The notes beneath the pieces are model-generated. The model was not told the origin of the DNA. It searched no databases and saw only the letters and a list, made by a program, of their open reading frames with translations. 45,595 nucleotides of DNA. It comes from Vicugna vicugna. Lineage: Eukaryota. Position numbers and translations under genes: made by a program. This document shows, piece by piece, positions 22,575 through 33,381 of the stretch. Position 1 is the first letter of the stretch. Each line of letters begins with the position of its first letter. The stretch lies in NCBI GenBank assembly GCA_013265495.1, contig MU058824.1, positions 5,358,691-5,404,285 of the forward strand, in the 5' to 3' direction.

Positions 22575-25399
22575 CTTGTCAGGAGAAAGAAATATCCATC
22601 CTGTCTATGAAAAGTGGCAGAACTATCACATGTTATTCTGCAGAGTCTTTTCTCCTGCAAGAGTGTATCAAGGTGTTTTTCCAAACAAAGATGGTTCCCT
22701 TCTGGGAGTAATTCTGGTGCCAGATATTAAGATAATGATTACTTTTACTTCATTATTATTAAATACACATCCAAATGATAATACTGTAACAATTATCTGG
22801 ATTTATCTACTTTTACCATTTTTCTAAGAATCTGAAAATGAAAGTCTTACGCCTTTAGATTATTGCCCCTGTCAACTTTACTTTTCTGCTCGATTTTTAT
22901 GGGTCTGGAAATTTTATTAGGTGTGTTCATTGTGTTTCAGGAAGTTTCATTTGCAGCCTCAGCTTGATTGGGAAGGCAGGACCAGTAGGTGAGGAGGGAT
23001 GGGGTGGGGTTAGTGGATAGGCAGGGCCACAGAAAATATGAGGGCTGAATTTTTGTAAACTTCATAAAAAGTACACTTCACAAACTATTCTAATAACTTT
23101 TTGTCCCCTTTTCCTTTCCAGGGTTTGTTCATTGGCTAATTATGGTCATACTAGTTTGGAATGTGTGAAATTCAGTTTCTGCAAGCTTGTCACCTGGAAT
23201 GTGGTTAAAAAACTGTAAAAACTATAGATGGTAAGAAAATGTTGATTTTGCCCACTTGTGTCTTTTTCAGTCTTAAATGTCATCATGAAGTGAAGAGGAA
23301 ACTTGATGTTAGCTGTGCGTTGGTTTGTGCTTGTTTATAAATCCTCATGGTTGTTTCCGTTTTATTAACAGAGTTCTAGCAATCATTAAATATTTCCCAG
23401 AAAACAGCTTCTGGCATCTTCTTTAAGACTAAACCAAGGTGACTTGCCACTGACAATTTGTGGCCTCCCTTCCCTTGGTCCCAGCTCCTACTCTCCATCT
23501 TCCTGGGCTGCCCAGTGCCTGGGGTGGGGTTGGCCTAAGTAGATTTTGAAAACAAATAAATATACCTAAGCCTTGAAAAAAAGGACAAAAAAAAAAAAAA
23601 AAGAAAAAGGCTAAACCAATTTTTCATGACCTCTCAAATAACAGAAAATATGTTATTTCCTTTACTCTGGAATTCATAAAAAATTCAGAAAAAATATTTG
23701 GAAGAAGTTAAGTGAAATACCTTTCAGTTATTTTGGACTCTGTCCTCGGAACACCATTTACTAGAATTATACACCCTAAGGAAATAAAAACAGTTCGGGA
23801 GTAACCAGAGTTGAAGTTACCATTTAAGTGTCCCATACTTCAAGAATTATTTTATTAGTCCTAGTCCACTCTGTGAAACCTGAGCTCTTTGAATGAAATC
23901 TAAGATTTTTGTAATAATCTTTCATGAAATGGGGGAATCCGTAGAACAAATAAGGGAATACATGGAACAAATACTTCTATATGGGGCCCTGGAACTTTTT
24001 AGGCTTCAAAACAAAATATTGGAATAGTCTGAAGAAATTCCTTTTGCCAATTGTAAATCTCTTATAAAAATTAACTGATAATTTATTACTGGAAGACATG
24101 AATTGAGAGCTTAAAAGACATAATTAAATCTACATTGTTTTAAGAAATCATTTCTAAAGGTATGGCATTCTCAACAAATGTGTTGGTGGGCAAGAGTTCT
24201 ATCTCATTGTATGGTGCAAACGTGACTGCTTACTTTTTATTTTTTTTTAAGCTAACTTAATTTTATTCACTCATCTTCTATAACATTAAAGACTTGCAAA
24301 GTAAGGAACACGTATAACAACACAGAAATCCTGATTCTGTATTTCCAATTACTACATTAGTAAAAAATAAATGTCCTAGTTCATTGCTAAGCTGAGACTC
24401 TTGGGTATTGGTGAAAAGAGCCTTATTTGAATATCTCATTCTTTGAATTCTGAATTATATGACGCTTTCCAGAGGAATAGGAATGGCTTTAGAGTTTCAT
24501 AGATCTCCTTCTGACTGATCTAGTTTGTCTCATTTTGTACTTCTGGGAACAGGGGGTTTAATCTTTTTTTGGTCTCAAAAAAGGGATTAATATTTTAACA
24601 TCTCTTCATATTACAGAATTGGGAACAACTTTCAGGCCACCCAAGAATGTACATTTCTCCATTATTTTGGGTGAATATAAATGTATCTCTGATCTAACAA
24701 TGTACACATTTGCATTCCCAAGAGCTAAAAGTAATTTTTGAGTATTTGAAATAAAATTCATAGGCTTCCCTGGAAAACATCCATTGTGGTCTTAGAATAT
24801 GATCTGCCTATTGTTAGAATACATATCTAGGAAAAAGTTGAGTGTGTCCTGGGCAGCTCTAAAATAATTAGTAAATAGATAACAAGGAAATATTGACGTA
24901 ATTATCATTCCAATATCACCAACATTAAAATGAACATAGCTGCCTAATAGTTGTATATAATTATTTATAATTTATTAAACCCTGCCTACTTTCAAAAAGG
25001 CTTTGGGACTTTCTATGGTTAAAAACACTCATGACCACACAACACACGCAACTGAGGAATTCAAAATGATACAGAAAAATTTTAATCAGAAACCAGCTTG
25101 AGAAAGAGCAGAAATGGAATTGAGGTCAAACTGAGTACCGCAGTTTAACACTAAACATAAGTTGAAATCACTGGCAGGGAAATTAGTTGGGAAACACCAT
25201 AAAACCATGGTCCTCTTTGCCTTCTAAAAGGAGGCTAGGCAATTCTTCATTAAAGGCAAAATTAATACATTCTAAGCAGAATTTATCATAGGATTCTTCT
25301 AAATTACTGAGGAGCCAAAAAACTTAACAGCCAGACAAAATTGCACAAGGTTCTGGTGAGTCGATATTTTCTTATTTTAAAAAATGTTAATTAAGTTAC

Positions 25400-25531
25400 C
25401 GTTAATTGAATTTCCACTTTCTTCCTTCATCCTATCACCAGTCCCTTGTGATGACCTTAATTCTTTCCCTGTAAGTTGAATTATTATGTTTTTTACTGGG
25501 TTTGAAGAATTTTTAGAGGCACTGGAGCTAC
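25400..25531 (-). other. Candidate 132-nt exon
   Basis: Acceptor attctttcaccctgaag and donor ACG|GTAACT. Open in phase 1 (SSSASKNSSNPVKNIIIQLTGKELRSSQGTGDRMKEESGNSIN). Splice signals only moderate. Confidence 0.25.
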
Positions 25532-25609
25532 CTTCAGGGTGAAAGAATGGTTTGAAAATAAGGAGATTCTTTGGCATTGCATTACCTTCTTTTACTTCTT
25601 CATATAGAG

Positions 25610-25775
25610 CAGGGTTAGCAAACTTTTTCTGTAAGGGGTCAGAAAAAATAGGCTCTGCAGGTCACCTGTCTCTTGCAGCTGCTCAGTTGTGCTCTTGTAG
25701 CATGAAAGTGAATGGTCATGACTGTGTTCCAGTAAAACTTTATGTGTGCCCAGTGAGTCTCTCTCACAGCAGGGT
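25610..25775. mobile_element. MER58A hAT-Charlie element
   Basis: cagggttagcaaactttttctgtaagggg...ggctctgcaggtca...ctgtgttccagtaaaactttat. Confidence 0.8.
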
Positions 25776-25976
25776 CTAGCATCCTTACCATTGGAACACA
25801 GCTAGTCTTTAACTTCAGACATTCTCACTATTGCTTCACTTATGTGACAGATTTAAAAAATATATTTATGATTCTCAAGTTTGATGGTATTGCTTGCCTT
25901 TGAAAAATGTGAAGTACAAGTCAAGGTTACTTTAAGGACTTTTCATTCCTTTATCACACGTAGAATCTAGGCTCAC

Positions 25977-26066
25977 CTGTATCCACTCCACATAATCTAT
26001 GGCCTGTCTTTTCCTTTTTTTAGGTTGAAGATTCTCTGTCTTTACGGCTGCACCATTACTTCTGAC
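25977..26066 (-). other. Candidate 90-nt exon with strong splice sites
   Basis: Acceptor cttcttttattttgcacag|G and donor CAG|GTGAGC. Open in phase 0: VRSNGAAVKTENLQPKKRKRQAIDYVEWIQ. Confidence 0.45.
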
Positions 26067-27264
26067 CTGTGCAAAATAAAAGAAGCTTACAAAAGAGTAT
26101 TTCATGACATGTCTACCCGTACCTGCCAATGTTTTTAGGAAAATAGAATTTCTAGCAACAAAAACTTTGAAAATATACTTGGTTAAATATGAACAGAAAA
26201 TTTCCCAATTAAATTAGGGTATAAATTATTTTTGAATTTAGATTGAGATAGCTAATCAAGGGGTAAATGCACATGAAATTTTGGCATCTCATACAAAAAT
26301 AATGCATTTTTATATGCCAAACATCTTTACCCCTTCCTGCCCAAATAATGATAAATTTAAAAAGTATGAAATTTTAAATATTTGTATTTTCTTGCTTGTT
26401 TCTATTATTTATTTGTAATGCACTTAAACTTTTACCTGAGATTACTGATTGGTACACGGCAATCTACTTTTCTCCAGTCACTGAAGAATGTATTATGAGA
26501 GAAGAATAAGTTGGATAACTCTGGAAGGAATATTTTCTCCCTTATAACTCACAGATATTTAATTGTATATATCCCGGTTTTATTTACAGCCATGTCAAAT
26601 GCATTGATTGCTGCAGGACTTGTGTCAGGGCACTGCAGCGGCTTCTAGGTAGCCCATGTATTCTGTGGAGTCCTTTCACAAACTGAAGACAATGCCACAC
26701 TCTTAGACTTGAGTCTCTGTAGAGAATATTTCATGCCAAGGAAAGAGTTGTGCACTGCCTTTGGCTGGGTTACCCATACCCTAAGATGAGGATTCCCGTG
26801 GATGTGGAAGGTTAGGGGAATAGGGGAGGTAGAACTGGGAAGGGAAGTAGGACAAGTGACAGGTAATACTGACATCAAGCAATGTCACCCAGCAGCTGAC
26901 TGTCTCAGTCCCACTGCTGAAGATTATGCAAGTCAACTCAGAGTTGTTCTACATAGAGAGCAAGGGAGCTTGAACACTATCCATTGTTCAAGGTCTGCTT
27001 CCAGAGGAGATACAAATTGCCAGGCACCTATGACTCTCTGGACACACAGGCAAAGCAAACTCTAGCAGCCTAAAGGCTGTTCTCCAACAAGTGACACAGG
27101 GGCCAATTGTTGGATGGAAATGCTCTGGGGATCTGAGGGGATGAGCAGAGCAAGACGACATTTGGTACATGCACTATGGAGCTATGGAGGGAAACATGCA
27201 GCTAACTTGTACCAGGACATCTGAGTTTGAATCCTAGTTCTACTAGCTGTGTGATTTTTTTTTT

Positions 27265-27660
27265 CTTTGTTGCTGGTAGGAATGTGTAATTCCAATCACC
27301 TTGGAAAGCACTTAGTCAGTTGCTTCTAAAGCTAAACATTACCTACCATGTGATCCAGCAATCTCATTACTAGGAATTTACCCAAGAGAAATGGACACAT
27401 ATGTTCCTTCACACAAAGACTTTTATTCACAATAGCCAAAGCCTGGAAATTCTCCAAATGCCAATCAACAAAATAATGGATAAACACACTGTGGTATATA
27501 TGTATAATATAACCCTACTTGTTACTAGAAAGGAATGAATTCCTGAAATATACAACAATATGAATTAATCTGAAAATGCGTATGTGGAGCAAAAGAAGCT
27601 AGGCACATTACAGTACATGCTGTATGATTCTATTTACATGAAACTCTGGAAAAGACACAA
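27265..27660 (+). mobile_element. L1ME-like 3' fragment
   Basis: ttgctggtaggaatgt...tgatccagcaatctcattactagga...gtatgattctatttacatgaaactctggaaaag. Confidence 0.75.
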
Positions 27661-27689
27661 TTAATTATGTTAAATCTAACCTCTCAAGT

Positions 27690-27913
27690 CCTAGGTATGG
27701 GGCCCTCTCACAATATGGCAGCTATTTCTTCAAGACCAGCAGGAGAATCTCACTCTAGGCTGCTCAGAGTCTTACATAACATAATGTAGTTACAAGAGTG
27801 ACTGTCCCATCCTATTCACATGACCTGGTCACTTTGAAAAGGAGAGGATTATACTGAGCATGTACATTAAGGAGTGGGAATGTGGGGACCATTGTAGAAT
27901 TCTGCTTAATACA
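27690..27913 (-). mobile_element. MLT1-family LTR fragment
   Basis: atggcagctatttcttcaagaccagcaggagaatctc...ggggaccattgtagaattctgcttaataca. Confidence 0.6.
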
Positions 27914-29252
27914 GTTGGCTTTGTTTTGGTATCCAGAAGTTGAACTGAGATGGATATTTTTCACTGTATTCAATCTTTTTCTCTATTTCCTGCATATATA
28001 ATGTGGAATGCAAACTTTTGTCTTGACTGAGAGGTGCAAGCTGTATGAGACACATGATTCACCAGTGTGGGGAAAGGAGATGAGCTTGGTTATCACGTAA
28101 TCAGAAGTTTGAAACTCAACACTTCTCATTCAGTTCTAGTACTGAATGCCGACTCTGCTCTGGTATGTGAAATGGTGTTTGATACTGTTTGGAGCATTAT
28201 AGAGGTATGTAATTTTTTTTTTTTACAATGAAAGATTTACCAGAGTCTGACTGCCAGCACATACGCACATACAACAATGCTATATATTGATTACAGAAAT
28301 AATATGTAATTGAAGAGGAGTTTCAACTGGGTCCATAATTCTCTATCTTCTAAAAAAATGGATCTGATGCAAATATGATACCATGTTCATATTGGCCACT
28401 TTCTGGGTTCATGGACATTATTTTCTTTCTTCATATTTATTTAAAGAGTAAGTACATCACTATGATGTAAATTTGCTGACACATTGTTTTTTGTAAAATT
28501 TTCAAAAATTTCCTATAAGTTCTTTAGGAATAGTAACCCCTGAGTAGATACTCATGAGAAAACTAAGACACAAGATCTTTTGGGGCTGTGTTTGAGAGAG
28601 TTCTTGAATGTACTAATTGGTCCTTCAGTGGTATGCCATTACTTGGATATCTAGTTCTATCTTAACAGGCTTATCAGATTTTTCTGGGGCAGAATAACTT
28701 CAGTGTTAAGTCAGGCTCTGAGGAAGGCTTTTGTACCTGCAGGGACTACTATAGAGTAGATTATAATAGGCTTCCATTAAAAGCCTTTCCCATTTACTGG
28801 GTGAAGAGGAGGTTAAGGGGTGGTGCTCATTCCTTGTTACAGAAAGTTAGGTCAATTTATGATGTACTGAAAAGGATAATTTCTCACTATAAAAGGATAA
28901 TGACTCATTATCCTAATCATTGTCTATCATGAGATTTCCCAAAGTATGTTCTCAAAGGCACTAACTCTGTGGAAACAAAAACAAACCCAAACCCAAAACT
29001 AAAGGCTTCCATAGTCAAATACATTTAGGAAATAATTAGATTAAACAGTATAAACAGCTGTCTTTATCTCATCCAAGAACCGACACAGGAGGATTCTTTT
29101 CCAAATTTATTTGTGTTTTAAAAATGTATTTGATCACAATAGTATCTTCTCACTCTTTTGAGAAAACAGGCTCTAACAAGATTATCTCTGATTTTTAAAA
29201 TCCTTGAGCAGCCACAAAGCAAGCTGATTTTTCTAAAGTCATGCCTTTTCTA

Positions 29253-29392
29253 CATGTGGGCTTTTTTTTTGCAGGGTGGGGGGCGGTAATTAGATTTAGT
29301 TATCTATTTTTTTCCTTGGAAGTACAGGGGATTGAACCCAGGACCTTGTGCATGCTAGGCATGGGCTCTACCACTGAGCTATACCCTCCCCC
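29253..29392 (-). mobile_element. tRNA-derived camelid SINE (vic-1 type), full length
   Basis: Minus strand reads GGGGAGGGTATAGCTCAGTGGTAGAG...GGTCCTGGGTTCAATCCCC with Pol III A and B boxes and an A-rich tail. Perfect 13-bp TSD CATGCCTTTTCTA at 29240-29252 and 29393-29405. Confidence 0.92.
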
Positions 29393-30318
29393 CATGCCTT
29401 TTCTAAAAAGGTACACACTCCTTACCTAACAATTCACTGGCTCTCAAAGGCTGCTCTGTTATCTCCAATTTCTCACTAGCTGTTTCTGGATGCTAAGATA
29501 GAAAAGAAATGCCTCCTATTTCTTTCTTCTCCTCTCTTCCCTCTAATTGTTAAAAATGTAGAGACAGTTTATATAACTTGGCTTTCCTCTGCATATATTG
29601 CTGGGGGTATTCAAAAACATTCCTTAGTACCTTGTGAGGTACTTTAAACACTTAAAAACACACAAGGCCACCTAACAGGACTCCTTTAGTAATCTTTTTA
29701 TAAGCTAAAGAGTCCTTTCAAAATGTGAATGATTCCTCAATAGAACAGACTAGAAAGTCCAGTTCATGGAAAAGAGATGTTGAATAAACTGTGGAGAAAG
29801 CCAAGAAGAAATTCAGAAAAAAATAAAGTTGAGTCTACAACTCACACCAGACCCAAAACAAATTCCAGATGAATCAGAGTTTTAACATGAAAAATAAAGT
29901 AGTGAAAAAGACTAAAAAAGAAAAGAAGAAAGCATTCCTGTGGCCTGAGCTGACCTAATACATGTTAAGCTTTGTCCTTGTAAGTGACAGGTCACAATGA
30001 AATTGCGGAAACTTTGGTAGGAAAAGCAGGATCCAACTCTTCCCCTGAGGCTGGGAAATGGTTTGGTTAGGCAGAAGAGAAAAAAGCTAAAAGATGTTTG
30101 ATATTTACATTTTGTCATGATAATAAGGAGCTATCGAGTTAATAATGTAATTAAATGTGGCATATTTGGGTGACAGAGTCCTGATGGAGGCTAAAGGGAG
30201 AAATGTTTGGATATATAAGGTGGGACCAGGTTTTAGAGGATTTCAGATGTCCAGATGAAGAGCTTAGCCTTGGCTCTTTTTTTGTTGGGGCACCCCTGGG
30301 GGTTGATTGGCTAGGGTG

Positions 30319-30540
30319 CAGGCATTCTCAACCTCAGGGCTATTGACATGTTCAACCAGTTAATTTTTTGTTCTGGGCACTGGGCCTGTGCATCATCAGA
30401 TGTTTAACAGCATCCCTGGCCTCTGCCTGCTAGATACTAGTAGCATCTACTCCTTTTCAAATTGTGACAACCAAAAATGTCTCCAGATATTACCAAATGT
30501 CTCCTGTGAGGAACAAATTACCCCTGACTGAGAAGCACTG
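30319..30540. mobile_element. MER20 hAT-Charlie element
   Basis: caggcattctcaacct...ctattgacat...cagcatccctggcctct...tgtgacaaccaaaaatgtctccaga...tgagaagcactg. Confidence 0.88.
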
Positions 30541-30632
30541 ACCTCCAGAGTGAGAGAATAATTGGTGTTTACAAAGGGCTGTCCAGGAGGTTGACAGGAC
30601 AGGAGCCTGAGCAAATGTATTAGAAGCTAGGT

Positions 30633-31045
30633 ATGGTAAATTGTTACAGTAAGGGTATCCAATAGAGTACATCTCCCTGTATCCAACCTTGTATAATCCC
30701 CTCCCCCAATGACTTTGGGCTTGGCCATGTGACTTGCTTTGATCATTGGAGCATCAACAAACATGACACAAGCTGAGGCTGGAAGAGCATTTGTGCATAG
30801 GGACTTACTCTCTTGGAACACTGCCACTACGTGACAAAGCCAGTACATGTCCAGCTAACAGCCAGGACCAACTTCCAGACATATAAGTGAGGCACTCTAA
30901 GACCATGCAGCCACAATAAAGCTACCATGACTATATGATCTCAGGCAAGCCAGCAGGAAAACCACCTACCTGATTGATGGCAATGAAATTATGCAAATAA
31001 AATGGCTGCTGTTATAAATCACTAGGTGTTTGTTGCATTGTGGTA
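30633..31045 (+). mobile_element. MLT1H/I-type MaLR LTR
   Basis: gggcttggccatgtgacttgctttg...ccagacatataagtgaggc...aaataaaatggctgctgtt. Confidence 0.7.
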
Positions 31046-32907
31046 AGTGCAATGAAAGGTTATAGGAGGTCTGGAGTAAATTAAAGTCAGTGGAAATGAG
31101 AAGATGTGTACACACAAGACATTTGAAATAATCCAGGTTTCTTGATGATTCTTCATGAAGAGGCTTATCAAAGAATATAAGAATTTAGAGTTGAGTGCAA
31201 AGTTTAGAGGGAGTTAAGCTGCATGAACAGTCTTCAAGAAAGCACTTCTGCCTAAGCAGTGAAAAATATTAGCTAATCTACTTTGAAAAATACAGATGTT
31301 TCTTAATTGCTGACAGAATAATGATAATAATACTTCAAAGATTCAGCTTAATAAGTACACTTGTAAAGCTTTAAAGGCATTACCAAGCTAGCCACTTTTT
31401 ACTTTAAATGGAAAAATCAATCTTTAAAATAAACAGGAAATCACATAAACCCAAGATCAATAACAATTTATATTGCACTAATAAAAAATTCATTTCGTTG
31501 TATAGAACTATCTACTTGTACAGAACTATATTCATTTAGCAATTAAATTGCTAAGACCGGGGCCTCTCAATAGACTGCCTGTCGTAATTTACCAGTTAAA
31601 TTTACAGATGGCGATTATCAGTGGTATTTACAGCTCGATGGGGGCTGAGAGTGTTGCCCTTATTTATTGTACTATTCAAGAAGAAACAGTTTCTCAGATG
31701 TTTAGCACTTAGCTTTCTGTTTAAGAACACCAGCTTGAGGAAATGTCAGTCAAATCCTCTATTTTTATTATATTAAAAACGAAGTAATAAGCAATAAAGA
31801 GAATCCAGAATGAGAATAAATGGAATAGAGAGCCATAACTGAAAGAAATGGAACCATACAAAAGCCTAAAAAGTGGAGGGAACTGATGTGAGTAAAGTAA
31901 AAATCACCCATATGCATTTTCACAGGCTATGAGGATCCAAAGGGAACATAGACATAAGTCAAAGGCAGAGTGAGGGTCTCTTGAAAATAAGACAAGATTA
32001 AAAAAAAATTAAAATGGATGAATTTTAAAGATCATATACCCATTATGCAGCCAGTACTAAAGCATTGTTGAAATAAGTGAGATCAAAGTGTAACACATGT
32101 ATAATTTCCATAAGATTTGTTTAAAGAAAAAAAAAAACTACCTCAGTCCTTGTTTAAAATTGCTGCCTGCCAAGGATGTTGGTTAATTTTTCTCGCAGGT
32201 TGAGGAGACAAGAACTGAGAAAATTATTTGGATTTGAAGATCTGGAAAATCTATGTGATTGCTAATGAGCATTAACTAGTTGGACCTAATGTTGGACGAA
32301 CATGAAGCAAAATCAGAATGGGGTATTGTGCTAAATCTTGTACTTTGGTCTGTGAGAAAAGTTTACCATTTTCCTCAATCAGAAAAGAATAAAATACACG
32401 TAACTAAACAGTTTGGAATCCTACCCCCACCTTCCTTTTCCCCTTTTCCCAACTCCTAGGGCCCCAAACCCAGGCTCCAGAGCCCTGCACGGAAAGCACA
32501 GCGGGGCTCTGGGACGCGTGGGAACCCGAGCAGGGCGCTCCTCCCAGGCTGGACGGATTCCGGCCCCGCTGGAAGGTGCTCGCGGCCGCTTGGGGCGCTG
32601 AATCGCCGGCGGCCGCTGCTGCACGGTGCGCGCGGCCAGGGGCGCGCTGTCACCGCTTCTGGGCTGGCAGAGCCCGTCCGGGATCAGCGCGAGGAGCCGC
32701 GTCGCAGCGTGCTGTCCCGACCCAGCCAGGCGCCCCGCACCGCCTGGACGTTCGGGTGTGTGGCGGAACCAGGCAGATTGGCCGAACTCGCCGCAGCTCC
32801 TTGGGGCAGCATGTGGCCTCAGACTCCCCGCTGTCGGTGCGGCCAGCCGAGGTGGGCTGCGCGCCCCGTTGCGCCCGAAGCCCTCTCGGTCATCCCCGTC
32901 AGGCAGG

Positions 32908-33352
32908 ATGGAGGTGGGCGGGGACATGAGGGAACTGGCTCTGCTGCGCTCCGCCTTCGTCGCCTGCGACGCAAACAGCTCGGGGCGCCTGGAGCGCGAG
33001 GAGTTGAGCAGACTGTGCGCAGAGCTGCGCGTGCTGCGGGCGGACGCCGAGCCCGTGTTCCAGCGGCTCCACGCCGACCGCGACGGCGCCATCACATCAC
33101 CTTCCCGGAGTTCGCGCGCGGCTTCGGCGGGGCCCGCCGCGGGGGACGGCTCTGGGGCCAGGGGCCCCGGGAGCCAGAGTCCGCCGCGGCCCAGGCTGTG
33201 TCCGACACCCGGGGACGGCGAGGAGGACGAGGGCGACCAGGACGCGGCGGCGGCGGCTCTGGCCGCCCCCTGGGACCTGGCGTGCCCCAGCTGAGCTTGA
33301 CAGTACTTCCAGTCCAGGCGCGGCTTGGGTTCGAGGCCAAGTTCATCCCCAG
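32908..33352 (+). pseudogene. RASEF: RASEF (RAB45; RAS and EF-hand domain containing) coding exon 1, disrupted in the ancestral frame
   Basis: ATG 32908 gives [32 protein letters not shown]...[13 protein letters not shown], then across frameshifts FPEFARGF...[16 protein letters not shown]...QARLGFEAKFIPR. This is colinear with recalled human RASEF exon 1. Donor AG|GTGCGT at 33352/33353. Lesions: dup ATCAC 33091-33100, +1 near 33210, TGA 33292 and 33298, dup TCCAG 33308-33317. Confidence 0.9.
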
Positions 33353-33381
33353 GTGCGTGGCAGGTGCGTGGCAGGTGCGTG
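33350..33381 (+). repeat. 11-bp tandem repeat x3 (CAGGTGCGTGG) spanning the splice donor
   Basis: Copies start at 33350, 33361 and 33372. Confidence 0.95.

Noticed and set aside
22285..22827. 180-aa plus-strand ORF as a protein-coding gene
   Set aside because: Ser/Leu-rich with no homology or promoter context. More plausibly the antisense mirror of purine-rich minus-strand sequence.
23576..23608. Poly(A) run as a retroposon tail
   Set aside because: No recognisable element body or convincing TSD adjacent; treated as simple sequence.
26780..27135. Bromodomain-like words (AWQFVSP...KLP..L) in a minus-strand frame
   Set aside because: Only a few residues match and the rest of the domain pattern is not recoverable.
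29253..29392. tRNA gene
   Set aside because: A and B boxes are present, but the A-rich tail, TSD and a second copy at 35.9 kb identify a tRNA-derived SINE.
32626..33294. 222-aa ORF taken as an intact RASEF CDS
   Set aside because: Its start is not an ATG, only the part from 32908 is RASEF-like, it includes a frameshifted segment and it ends at a premature TGA.
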